Shown here piece after piece: positions 9,944 to 21,578 of a stretch of 32,000 nt of DNA. Made by a program: the position numbers and the translations under genes. The notes beneath the pieces were generated by a model, which ran no database searches, was not told the origin of the DNA, and saw only the letters and a program-made list of their open reading frames with translations. Origin of the DNA: Wallemia ichthyophaga EXF-994 (Eukaryota; Fungi; Basidiomycota); contig NW_008806287.1 in the NCBI RefSeq assembly GCF_000400465.1, positions 30,001-62,000 on the forward strand, given 5' to 3'. Position 1 is the stretch's first letter. Every line of letters starts with the position of its first letter.

Positions 9944-10095
9944 GACTAATCAAGGCATTTTCAATTTCGGGACTTGTAAAAGTAATAAATCATAGTCATA
10001 TCACTATTACGGGTATTTTTTATTAAAGACGAACAAAAAGGAAAACCTTTTAATGACCTTGACTATATGGCTATACTAATTTACTGCTTTTCAAT

Positions 10096-11791
10096 TTACT
10101 CCTCAACATACTCCTCAACACCCTCTTCAACATACTCTTCCTCAATATCCTCATCAATACCAGCAGATTCATATTGTTGGTATTCAGAGATAAGATCTTG
10201 CATGTTTGATTCAGCTTCAGTGAATTCCATTTCATCCATACCCTCTCCTGTGTACCAGTGCAAGAAAGCCTTTCTACGGAACATAGCGCTGAATTGATCA
10301 TGTACACGCTTGAATAAATCTTGAATAGCTGTAGTGTTAGCGATGAAAGTAGCCGACATCTTAGAACCCTTTGGTGCGACATTACATAAAGCAGTTTGAA
10401 CGTTATTTGGAATCCACTCGACAAAGTAGTCAGAGTTCTTATTTTGCATGTTGTTCATTTGATCTTCAACTTCTTTCATAGACACTTTACCGCGGAAGTA
10501 AGCGGCGACAGTGAGATAGCGCCCGGATCTTGGATCTGAAGCTGCCATCATGTTGCGCGCGTCGAACATCTGTTGGGTGAGTTCAGGTACTGAAACTGCC
10601 CTGTATTGTTGTGATCCTCTAGCTGTTAATGGCGCATATCCAAGCATGAAGAAGTGGAGACGTGGGAATGGTACCAGGTTAACTGCCAATTTTCTCAAGT
10701 CAGAGTTGAGTTGACCTGGGAAACGAAGACAAGTGGTGATGCCAGACATGACAATTGAAACGAGGTGATTGAGGTCACCATAAGTGGGTGTGGACAGCTT
10801 GAGAGTTCTGAAACAAATGTCGTAGAGTGCCTCATTATCAATACAAAATGTCTCATCTGAGTTTTCGACAAGCTGATTAACAGAGAGAACAGCATTGTAT
10901 GGTTCAACGACAGTGTCTGATACCTTTGGTGATGGTACGACAGAGAAAGTGGCCATCATACGGTCAGGGAACTCTTCTCTGATCTTGGAAACGAGGAGGG
11001 TACCCATACCAGAACCAGTACCACCACCTAGAGAGTGGGTAATTTGGAAACCTTGAAGACAGTCAGTAGCCTCAGCTTCCTTGCGAAGAACGTCGAGAAC
11101 AGAGTCAACAAGTTCAGCACCTTCAGTGTAGTGACCTTTGGCCCAGTTGTTACCAGCACCAGATTGGCCGTGAACCATGTTGTCTGGTCTAAAGAGATCA
11201 CCGAGAGATGAAGACTTGATCGCGTCCATAGTGCCTGGTTCCAAGTCGCTGTGAATGGTGTTAAAAGTGCCAATTTTCACGAGAATAGGATACATACACG
11301 AGGACAGCACGTGGGACATATCTACCAGCTGAAAATGAGGTGTTAGAAGGGAGGAGATAGGTTTAATTCGTTTGCCCACTTTGAGCTTCGTTGTAGTAAA
11401 CGTTGATACGTTCGAGTTGTCTGGAGTGGGATGAGAATACGTTTTAGGCCGGAGTAAACAGCCTACTCATCAATATCACCTTTGTAGTTACCTGCGCCAT
11501 CAAGACCGTGTTCTTCACCGATTACATCCTAAAATTGACGTGAGTCGGTGGTTTTTAGTGGATAGCAGCCCTACTAACCCAGAATTTGGCACCTGAAGGA
11601 TATTTGAGAGGGGAAATAACGTATATAACACTTTAACCCACCAATTTGATTACCGCACTTGAAGTTTTACTGTCAGCAGAGTACACGTCACTTGCACAAA
11701 ACCAACCTGTCCAGTTTGAAGGTGTACAATTCTTTCAAATAATGTCAGTCTGCTTTCTCCTGGCTCTAGAAATTCCCCACTCTCTTCCCAT
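10096..11791 (-). CDS. TUB2: Beta-tubulin, copy A (7 introns, several micro-exons)
   Basis: Spliced N-terminus [22 protein letters not shown]; GGGTGSG signature; [11 protein letters not shown]; acidic C-terminal tail. Seven GT-AG introns lie in the 5' third of the gene (about 11230-11780). Confidence 0.96.
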
Positions 11792-11960
11792 TTTTAAGCT
11801 TAGATCGACGCGAGAAGAGGACAGTGAGCAGCGCACAAGAAATAAACTAACAAATTTTTATCTGAAATACAACGAAATTTATAAATAACTTTCATTTAAT
11901 TTCATTTATTCTTCAACGTATTGCTGTAATTTCTTTGTTAGATTGTATTTTTAGCGTGAT

Positions 11961-13505
11961 TTATATTCCATCTCCTACCTCATCTTCCATAACTTCTTCT
12001 TCGTAATATTCCTCCTCTTCAACACCTGCATTTTCATATTGTTGGTATTCTGATAGAAGATCCGCCATGTTTGATTCAGCTTCAGTGAATTCCATTTCAT
12101 CCATACCCTCTCCTGTGTACCAGTGCAAGAAGGCCTTTCTACGGAACATAGCGCTAAATTGATCATTGACACGATGGAAGAGCTCTTGGATAGATGTAGT
12201 GTTTCCAATAAAGGTAACTGCCATCTTTGTATCCTTTGGAGCAATATCACAGTGTGCTGTTTGTATGTTGTTTGGAATCCATTCAACAAAGTAGTCTGAG
12301 TTCTTGTTTTGCACTGCTTGCATTTGTTCCTCGACTTCCTTCATTGACACTTTACCACGGAAGTAAGCGGCGACTGTCAAGTAGCGACCGTTTCTAGGGT
12401 CAGATGCAGCCATCATGTTCTTCGCATCGAACATTTGTTGTGTAAGTTCTGGTACGGAGACGGCTCTGAATTGTGAGGTACCCTTTGCTGTAAGTGGAGC
12501 GTATCCGACCATGAAGAAGTGGAGACGTGGGAATGGAACCATGTTGACTGCCAATTTTCTCAAGTCAGAGTTGAGTTGACCTGGGAAACGAAGACAGGTG
12601 GTAACACCAGACATGACCATAGAAACGAGGTGATTGAGGTCACCGTAGTTTGGTGTAGACATTTTAAGAGTCTTGAAGCAAATGTCATAGAGTGCCTCAT
12701 TATCAATACAGAAAGTAAGATCCGAGTTTTCGACTAATTGGTGGACAGAGAGAACAGCGTTGTATGGTTCAACGACAGTGTCTGATACCTTTGGTGATGG
12801 TACGACAGAGAAAGTGGCCATCATACGGTCAGGGAACTCTTCTCTGATCTTGGAAATGAGGAGAGTACCGAGACCGGAACCAGTACCACCACCGAGAGAG
12901 TGAGCGATCTGGAAACCTTGCAGGCAATCGCAGTTCTCAGCTTCGCGACGCGTGACATCGAGAATTTGGTCAACGAGTTCAGCACCCTCCGTGTAGTGAC
13001 CTTTAGCCCAGTTGTTACCAGCGGAGGACTGACCGAAGATCATGTTGTCTGGTCTGAACAAGCCTCCGATTGAGCTCGCTTGCACGGTTTCGATAGTACC
13101 TGGTTCCAAATCGACAAGGACAGAGCGTGGCACGAATTTCTTCTCTGCGGCCTCGTTATAGTAGACGTTGATACGTTCGAGTTGTCTGGATGGAGTGTGA
13201 GGGGAAGTTTAGCTGCGTACACCGCGCCTACTGGTCAATGTCTCCGTAGTAAGCACCTGATTCGTCGATGGCGTGTTCTTCGCTCAGTGTTTCCTAGGCG
13301 CGGGTGTCAGGCATTGGAAAAGCAAGACAGGCGTACGAACCCAGAATTTAGAACCAATTTGGTTACCACACTTGTCAGCGTCAGCTACAGTCACACTAAC
13401 AGCAGTCTAACCCACTTGACCTGTTTGAAGGTGTACGATTCTATCAAACACCAGATTAGCTTCAAAATTAATAGTCGCCGCGTTTGAAACTCACTCTCTG
13501 CCCAT
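11961..13505 (-). CDS. TUB2: Beta-tubulin, copy B (4 introns), tandem paralog
   Basis: Spliced N-terminus [22 protein letters not shown]; GGGTGSG; ERINVYYNE; acidic tail. All four intron positions are shared with copy A. Confidence 0.96.
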
Positions 13506-13971
13506 TTTTTATTTCTGTCTTGATGAGGGTTTTGGTAGTGCGCGTGAACCTTGGACTAGAACGTAGAGGTGAAAAATGCAAAGAGAGCAAAGTCGAGAAC
13601 CAAGTGGCATGCAGTGTATTTGATAGTGCTCGACATATCACTACGCTCCATGCCACTCCTCGCTGTGTTTGTGCTTGCGTCTCCGCCGAGTCCCGACGCA
13701 CCACGGCCAAGTCAAGTGTGCTAGCCTCCTATGCCAGCACGCTGTTACGTTCGTGGGATAGCAACCCGGCCACCGCCCAGCTTGTCATTCCAAGTCGCGG
13801 CCACCCGTTCTGGGTGGTTGTGCAGATTTGCTCGGTCGGTGGCCGTCGTGCAAAGACCAGCTTCCACATGACACGTCGTTGTTCTCTACACGCACGTTGC
13901 TACTAAAGCTGGCCGACATGTATTTCTCCTTTTGTAAATTTTACATAAACGCCATTTGCTCATACAAGACC

Positions 13972-15122
13972 ATGACGGCAAGTGCTAATTGGAGCGTGAC
14001 AGAGAGCATCACCAAGGCTCTTGCAGCGTACACGCCCAACTCTGCTGGCTTGCTCATGATAGCACTCGCGCAGCTCTTCTTCGCGTCAATGTCTCTGTGC
14101 GTCAAGCTGCTTGGGCAAGTCGATCCACCCGTGTCTGCGTTGGAGGTGTGTGTCTGTTCGCGCTCCCGCCTCTTCTCACCGCTCTCCAGCTCGTCGTCGT
14201 GCGTATGGCCATCACCGGGATTTGTGCACAGTCTTGGATACTCGTGCACAACGCCTTCTCCGATAACAAAATACCCAATCCAATCCTTGGCCCTTTGCAC
14301 GTCAGGTCGCTCCTGTTTGCCAGAGGATTTGTCGGGTTCGCTGCCATTTCCGCGCTTTACTACAGTCTCGCTTTTCTCGATCTCAGCGACGTTACAAGTC
14401 TCGGTTTTCTTCTGCCCGTCGTTAGTGGCTTGTTGGGATGGCTCTTCCTCAACGAGCCCTATCTCCCCATAGAGCGCTACTCCAGCGTCGTGAGTTTGCT
14501 TGGGGTGGTGTTGATAGCCCGCCCACCTTTTCTCTTTGGCGGAGGTTTGGCTGACCAGGAGCACCATCTTAGCTCTTCGCTTGGGCAGCGTTCTTTCGCC
14601 GTCGCTGTCGTTCTGCTCAGTGTGGTCGGTGCGAGTCTGGCGTATGTCACCACGCGCGCGATAGGCACACGCGCGCACCCCATGCACGTAATACTCGCAT
14701 TTTCGTGGTGCTCCGTGGTCTTCGGTGGGCTGCTGATGAAGGCGCTTGGCGAGCCATTCGTCCTGCCCAAGTCGACCAAATGGTGCATCATGCTTGTCGC
14801 GATTGGTGCATTCGGTTTCATTGGCCAGATCCTCCTCACGCTCGGCCTGCGTAGAGAGAAAGTTGGAAGGGCTTCTCTCGGTATGTATCTACAGATGGTG
14901 TTTGCATTGCTGTTTGAGAAAATCTTCTTCAATTCTTCCCCTCATGTGCTGTCGGTGGTGGGGGCGGCGATTATTATCGCTACTAGCACCACTGTAGCAT
15001 TACAGAAGGACAAGAAAACTCAGCCATCTGGCACACTCGACGAACATGATAAACTGATACAGGACGAGAGAGAACGCTTCGCCCGTCTCGATTATGGTTC
15101 TTTGGAGCAGCGTGCAGGCTAA
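13972..15122 (+). CDS. EamA/drug-metabolite transporter (DMT) family, SLC35G-like
   Basis: ATG 13972, intron 14146-14189; about 10 hydrophobic segments in two repeats; motifs LFARGFVGF, LGWLFLNEP, GVVLIARPPFLF, GQILLT.GL.REK.GRAS. Confidence 0.88.
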
Positions 15123-15293
15123 TGTTTTGTAGTGCACACCGCACATAGAATATGGGATTTGTTGTATTTTTCATCACATGAAAAAAGATGCGTATGTTTG
15201 GAATGTTATCATGAGACACGTGTCGCGAAGGCGCACTAAAAGTAAATAAACCAAATGCGGGAGTGGAATCTTATTTATAACACTCACAACCTA

Positions 15294-16515
15294 ATGAAAC
15301 TAACTCTAGCAGCACTCTCGCTGAGCACTTTGACAGCAGCGCAATCAATCTTCCAGCCAACACAGGGCGGAACGGGTGCAAACTTTCCAGGCTCGCCAGG
15401 CTCACCGGTCTGGGGAGAAAAGCCATTCGGCGGTGCCCACACGCCCTTCAACGACAGACCGCCATTTGCAGGTGGTGGCCCAACAGAGCACGAACGACCA
15501 CCAAAAGGCGAGGGATATGAGTTAATGAAGGAAATGGCCGGGGAAACATTTTTCGAGCATTTCTACTTTTACGCGGACCAAGATCCGACGCATGGCTATG
15601 TCGACTATACAGATTCCGAGACAGCCTTCGAAAGAGGAATGGCGGGATGGACTGAGAGTGGTGGGTAGCGGAAATCTGACGCATAATTGCGTAAGGCGCA
15701 ACTTATACCAGCATACTAATCACCCACTTGCAGGCAACCCATTTTTCATGGTGGACGCAACGCCCAAGATCGACGGACCGCGCAGGAGCATCCGCTTGGA
15801 AAGCAACTTCAACTACACGCAAGGGGTAGTTCTGCTCGATATAGTGAGCATGCCTGGCAGTGTCTGTGGGTTGTGGCCAGCGTTCTGGTCGAATGGCGAG
15901 ACATACAACTGGCCAGCATGGGGCGAGATCGATATAATTGAGGGAGTGAACGCGTTCACGGAGAACCAGTCGTCGTTCCACACGGCCAGTGGATGCTACA
16001 TAGCGGAGGGCTCGTCGAACACGTTCACGGGGCAGCTAACGCACGACGGCGAGATAGCGCGCACGTGTTCGGCATTCGAGTCAAACAACGAAGGTTGTGG
16101 GATCAAAGATAACCACAAGAACACTTATGGCACCCCGCTCAATGAGCGTGGAGGCGGCGTGTTTGCAATGCAGTGGAATGACCAGGGTATATCTACGTGG
16201 TTCTTCCCGCGCGGTGGCATTCCTGGGGATGTTCACGCAGGTGATCCAGCCCCTTCGTCGTGGGGCAAGCCTTACGCTCACTTGGACAACGAGGCTTGCG
16301 ATATCGGCGAGTACTTTAAGAACCACCAGCTTATCTTCGACACCACCCTCGCAGGTGACTGGAGCGGCAGGGTGTGGGCAGAGGAGGAAGTCTGGCAAAG
16401 TGAGACGTGCGCCAACATGACTGGATACGCGACTCCGGAGGAATTCATCAGAGAGGAGGGCGAGCAGTTCGAGGATAGCGTGTGGGAGGTTAACTATGTA
16501 AAGCTGTACCAGTAA
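15294..16515 (+). CDS. Secreted glycoside hydrolase family 16 endo-1,3(4)-beta-glucanase
   Basis: Signal peptide MKLTLAALSLSTLTAA; Gly/Pro-rich linker; DPTHGYVDY; intron 15661-15733; catalytic WPAWGEIDIIEG (ExDxxE) motif; WEVNYVKLYQ end. Confidence 0.93.
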
Positions 16516-16584
16516 AATGTTTCAAATGAAATGAAAATTTGCACTGATTTGATAAATGCATCTTTGCTTAATTGCGTCATCATC

Positions 16585-17471
16585 ATGCCACCGAAAATGG
16601 GGAGCAACCCCGTCGACAGTTACCGAAAGGCGCAGAAGAAGCAGGATATAAAGAAGGTGCGTGACGGTCGCTGTTACCGCTCACCGCTCACGCGACGCAG
16701 GGCAAGGAAGGCAAGAGCGACAAGGCGGACAAGAACGCAAAACTCGCGTACAAGGACACGTTCCTGCTTGAGATTGAGATAAAATCGCTAGAAGAGCGCA
16801 GTGGGCGGGAGGAATTGGACAAAAACTTAAGTGCCCACTTCACCCAGCTAAAGGAGGAACTCGAGCAAATCACCAAAGCCAAGGCGGCATTCGTAGAGGA
16901 GCATCCCGAGAAGAAGTCAGACGTGTACAGGAACCTCTCCGCCCCTTCCGCTCAGGCGCAGGCAGCACTGGCTCGTCGCCGCGATGAAAAACCTAAACAG
17001 CGCACAGGCGCACTCGATAAGAAGGGCTTCCCGCTGCATCCTGCAAGGAGTGTCTACTACGACGCCACTTACAATCCAACTGGCGTACCTCCACCGGGTA
17101 TGCCATACGCCGAGCGAGAGGAAGAGAGTGGCAGTGGGAGTGAGAGCGGCAGCGACGACATTCCTATGCCGACAGCTCCTAGGCCTAGTGGCAGCCAAAA
17201 TGAGGTGGTTGATGATAGCGATAGCGATAACGATAGCGATAACGATAGCGATCTTGATGATATTCCTATGCCAGCTGGTCCACCACCGAACGCGGCGATA
17301 CACACACACACACAAACAGTCACACACCCACAACCCACCACAGAAATCACCGAGGATGAGCGCAGAAAGGCCGCTGAGAAGGCTACTATATCCTCCGCTC
17401 CACAGATGCGCGATCTCCAGAAAGAAAGCGCGATGCTGCTGCCTGCTCAGCTCGTGCGCAAGAAGAAATAG
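16585..17471 (+). CDS. WW-domain-binding protein 11 (WBP11)-like splicing factor
   Basis: N-terminus NPVDSYRKAQKKQDIKK, intron 16657-16700, SVYYDATYNPTGVPPPGMPY, acidic and Pro-rich tracts, and C-terminal ISSAPQMRDLQKES..LLPA. Confidence 0.8.
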
Positions 17472-17712
17472 ACAAATGTATGATATTAGCAAGATAGATG
17501 TTTCATGAGTAGATAAGAAATATTGCGCAATGCGATATCGCAGCTGTGTGGCCCCCTTGAAGCTACTTGACAAATACGCAACCACAATCTACATAGCCTT
17601 GTGAATGAATCAATACAAATACACGAAAAAACTCTACAGAATGAAAGAAAAAGATAGGCAAACGCAAAATAGCCAAGCAGTGGCAGTGACGATCCGCGTC
17701 ACAAGAACCCAC

Positions 17713-19411
17713 TCAAGGCACCTCAGCGACTTTTTCGAGAGTGTCTTTTTCAGCAGGCGTATCCTCTCGATCGCCTTGTACGGTTTCAATAGCGTCATGC
17801 TGGTGCTGCTGTTCGCGGGTGATAGCCTGACTGCGTTCCTCCATCCACTTCTCACGCTCGATTTCCTCCTTAGTGAGGCGCTTCAACTCGAGCGAGTAAT
17901 GCGATGCGGCTCTAATACGCGGACCGAAAGCGTAGAAGACGAACGGGATAGCTATGCACAATGTTGCGATGGCTGCGAGGATATAAGACGCAACTGCGTA
18001 TGTGTGGTGGTAAGGGCCGGGGACACCGTAGGACCAATCGTAGAAGGTCGTCGTCACTAGCGCGCATGTCGCAGCTAGTATCTCCCGACAGAAGGACTGG
18101 CCTGTCACCGCACTGCTCGCGAGCATCTGGTACGAGTCTATCGTGTAGTCACTAACTACCTGTGTGCGTGTAAATGTTAGCGTGGTGCGTTTTCCAGCAG
18201 AGAGTGACTTGCTATGAATAGTATGTGCGACGCAAATCCGAATAGCCCTATGGCCACCGTCGGGAGCCACACACTGTAATCCGGCTGCCCCGTTCCACCA
18301 TACCAGTACATGGAGACGGGGAAGACAAAGGCTGAGAGCATCCCCCAGAATAGCTTGTACTCCGGCTTGTCTTCCCCAGATCGCCGAGTCGCCCATGCCT
18401 GAGCTTTCAGTTGCAAGTGGTAGCAGAGCAGTGCTAATACAAAGCCGACTTCCATCGCAAAATAGAAGAGCGAGCTGTTTGGTGCGTCGACACCCATCTC
18501 AGCATAAACCAGGGGCATGCTCTCGATGAGAAGGTAAATCAATCCATAGTTTATACCCTGTAATAAAAGTTAGCATCCTTTATAACGTCTAAAAGGCTAC
18601 TTGCGTCGTATAATCCAAAAAACAAAACTACGTATTCCGTAAAGAACATGACTGGAGGTCTGAGCAAAGTCTCCTTGAAGATAGCCTCCCAACTGCGCTT
18701 AGTTTCGTAGATGGTCCATGCGTTTGGGTTGTGATGTTTGCGTATTTCTTTAGTGCGCTTGGTGAGAATGGGAGCGGGGCGGGTTTCCGGGACGAGGACA
18801 GCGAAGAGGATGAGGAGGAAGCCACCGACGGCCATTGGGATCCAAATAGCGAGACGCCAGTCGTACCTATCGACGATATAGTCACCAATAATCCCGCCCA
18901 ACACGACAGATTCTGCCATGAAGGCCCAGAAATTAACGCCCCACAGACCTGCCTTGTCGCCGCCGCGCCAGAGATCAGGAACAAGGCAGACATAGTTAAG
19001 GATGGGTGAGGCAAAGATACCGGCGATGAAGCGAGTGACTGCAAGAGTCTCTACGTTTTGAGCGAGGCCCTGAGGGATATTGAATATGTAGAGGATGAGG
19101 AGCGAGGCTATACCAATCGGCTTGCGGCCGTAGTCCTCGCTGATGGGGATGATGAGGACGGGGCCGAGACTGTAGCCGAGAAGATAGGTCATGATGGGTA
19201 CCTTGCTCGTGATCTCTTTGATGCCGAATTCTTCTCGGTAGCGGGTGGTGGCGGGGACAACGATGGTCGACAACATCATGGCCCAGAGGGTGTTAAGGCC
19301 TACGATAAGCACAATCATCCATTTCCGCCAGGATGGGAAGTTGTACGGGTTGGCTTTGTCGGCGACGGTGAAAAGGACGAGATCGTTCTCGTCTTTGGGT
19401 GGAGTTTGCAT
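17713..19411 (-). CDS. Major facilitator superfamily transporter, DHA1 (drug:H+ antiporter) type
   Basis: NPYNFPSWRKW, PISEDYGRKP (motif A), RFIAG, VPETR...L..R and FYAFGPRIRA.S.Y; multiple TM segments; two introns, 18558-18604 and 18160-18212, both requiring GC donors. Confidence 0.9.
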
Positions 19412-19419
19412 AGACTAGT

Positions 19420-19500
19420 AGATCCAATTAAATTATTAGCAATTCCTAGTGAATCCAAGTAAATTCAAGTAATTCCGAGTAAATTACTAGTAAATCCGGT
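19420..19500. repeat. Degenerate tandem repeat of about 10 bp (about 8 units, consensus near AAWTYCNAGT)
   Basis: AGATCCAATT AAATTATTAGC AATTCCTAGT GAATCCAAGT AAATTCAAGT AATTCCGAGT AAATTACTAGT AAATCCGGT, read directly from the sequence. Confidence 0.7.
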
Positions 19501-19540
19501 TGATGATGGTTTACGGTTAAGAGCCAACAGCCAGTGACTA

Positions 19541-20408
19541 ATGAACGCATCCTCACAAAGGCAGAGAATTCTAGTTGAAGAGTGGGTCAAGTGATTTATT
19601 AGTGACATCCATTTATTCGCTTCAACACAGCTTCAGGCAGATCACCAACACCAACAACGACACAGCGACGAGGTTTTTGAAGTTAAATGGCTGGAGGTTT
19701 GATGATGCGCTGGACGAGTACTTTGCCAATCCCCCTATTCAAGTTAATAAGTCAGCGCTGACGAAACTATGGAACAAGTACAAAGACAGCGACGACGAGA
19801 ACGTCATGAGTGTCCCCGATGGTCTTATCGAATATGGCGCTGATCTCGACGTAGATCTCACTTCCATGTCTGCACTCGCTCTAGCTCAACTCTGCGGCGC
19901 TACGCTTCAGGCTGAACATTGGCCCAAGCAGTCGTGGATTTCAGGTTGGAGTGGCGTAGGCGGTGATACGCTTGATAAACAGAAGGATTATGTCCACTCT
20001 GCACCCACCAGACTATCCCAAGACAGGCAGTTTTTCAACAAAGTCTATGCTCATACGTTTGAAATGGGGAAAGGGCAAGGTGCGAGGATATTAAGTTTGG
20101 AAGATGCCAAGGCATACTGGAGTATTCTATTGGCACCGCATCTGCCAGATGAACAAGCCACTTGTCAAGACACCCACGCGTCATTGAACAAGGACTCTGG
20201 CGAAGGCTGTCAATTCACAAAGCAAATGTTAGACGGGTGGATCGAATATCTGGAACAGGAGAATGTGGCAGTTACTAAAGATACTTGGCTTGAATTCCTC
20301 AACTTTGTTAGATCAATCAACGCAGATTTCTCCAACTTTGACGACACAGCAGCGTGGCCAAGCCTGATAGATGACTTTGTAGAGCATGTAAGGAGAAGGC
20401 TGGAATAA
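19541..20408 (+). CDS. DCN1: Defective in cullin neddylation protein 1
   Basis: ATG 19541, intron 19582-19630; UBA-like N-terminus (F.QIT......A..FL..NGW....ALDEYF); PONY domain ending KDTWLEFLNF...D..AAWPSLIDDFVE. Confidence 0.92.
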
Positions 20409-20462
20409 ATTTTGATTTGAATGAAGCGTGACGTGTGCCTGGGTTGAATCAGTACTTGCAAC

Positions 20463-21476
20463 ATGGTTAGTGGGGGAAAACCAAGGGAACATGAGTAACT
20501 AAATGCCTGAATGCCTCACAGACACAGCCAAACCCGCAATCCATCGAAACTTGCCATCAAGACGCCATCCACGACGCGCAATTGGATTACTACGGCAAAA
20601 GACTAGCCACGGCATCCTCTGATGGAACAATAAAGATAACCGACATATCGCAAGCCGCGGAATCCACTTACGGCAACTCAAACGCTGCAAGCTTACGCGG
20701 TCATCAAGGACCCGTCTGGCAAGTTGCCTGGGCACATCCCAACTACGGTTCCATACTCGCTAGCAGCAGCTACGACGGAAAGGTGTTTATATGGAAGCAA
20801 GAACAAGGCAATAGCTGGACGCGTATCAAGGACCACACACTACACACATCCTCTGTAAACTCTATTAGCTGGGCTCCACATGAGCTTGGCCCTACACTGG
20901 CATGCGCTAGCTCTGATGGCAATGTCAGCGTGCTCACATTCCACAAGGACGGTACTTGGGAAGCATCAATCCTCGCTGCTCACAAGCTAGGCGTTAGTTC
21001 CGTGAGCTGGGCGCCGGCTACATCCCCCAACGACGTGGCTGGATTGACGAGCAGACTTGTGACTGGTGGCTGTGACAGTCTAGTGAAGATATGGTCATTC
21101 AAGTGGGTAATTTCGTAAATAGGCGTATATCCACACTAACAGACGCAGCAATGAAAATAAACAGTGGCAATGCGATGAATCTATTGGCGCCCACACCGAC
21201 TGGGTCAGGGATGTCGCTTGGTCACCTAACGTAGGCCTCTCCAAGCAATACCTCGCCTCTGCGTCACAAGACAGAAGCGTCTTTATACACACTCAAGACA
21301 CTCCACGCTCTCCATGGACCAGCACAAAACTCAACCACGACTTCAAAGATACCGTCTGGAGGCTCAGTTGGTCTCTCTCGGGCAACGTACTCGCTGCGAG
21401 TGCTGGCGATGGCCAGGTCACGCTGTGGAAGGAGAATCTAGAGAATGTGTTTGAGCTGGTCAGTGGGGGTCTTTAG
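20463..21476 (+). CDS. SEC13: COPII/nucleoporin WD40 protein Sec13
   Basis: Coding exon 1 is the ATG only (20463-20465), intron 20466-20521, second intron about 21103-21148; motifs IHDAQLDYYGKRLATASSD, GHQGPVWQVAWAHP, HTDWVRDVAWSPN and VWRLSWSLSGNVLA. Confidence 0.96.
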
Positions 21477-21578
21477 CGGGTCTTTGTTTCTATATAATTT
21501 TAAATTCTCTTATCGATTATCTTGTGACGTTTGTGACTTCTCACGTAGATACATTTACCGTTAGTATATTCGTATAGA

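Noticed and set aside
2058-11379. Track start codons for ADH (2058, 4068), the hydrolase (6862), THR4 (8420) and tubulin A (11379)
   Set aside because: They arise from reading through introns or upstream sequence; the spliced models give conserved N-termini instead.
13468-14932. Track ORFs 13484-13906, 13941-14687 (-) and 14477-14932 (-)
   Set aside because: They are antisense or alternative-frame shadows of the GC-rich DMT gene or lie in its promoter; no motifs.
17213-17253. GATAGC/GATAAC hexamer repeat and the nearby (CA)n run at about 17300
   Set aside because: In-frame coding low complexity (D-S-D-N and H-T-H-T) within the WBP11-like protein; not a separate element.
16917-18060. Track ORFs 16917-17585 (-), 16984-17508, 17069-17350 and 17605-18060
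   Set aside because: Shadows of the low-complexity WBP11-like CDS and the MFS 3' exon.
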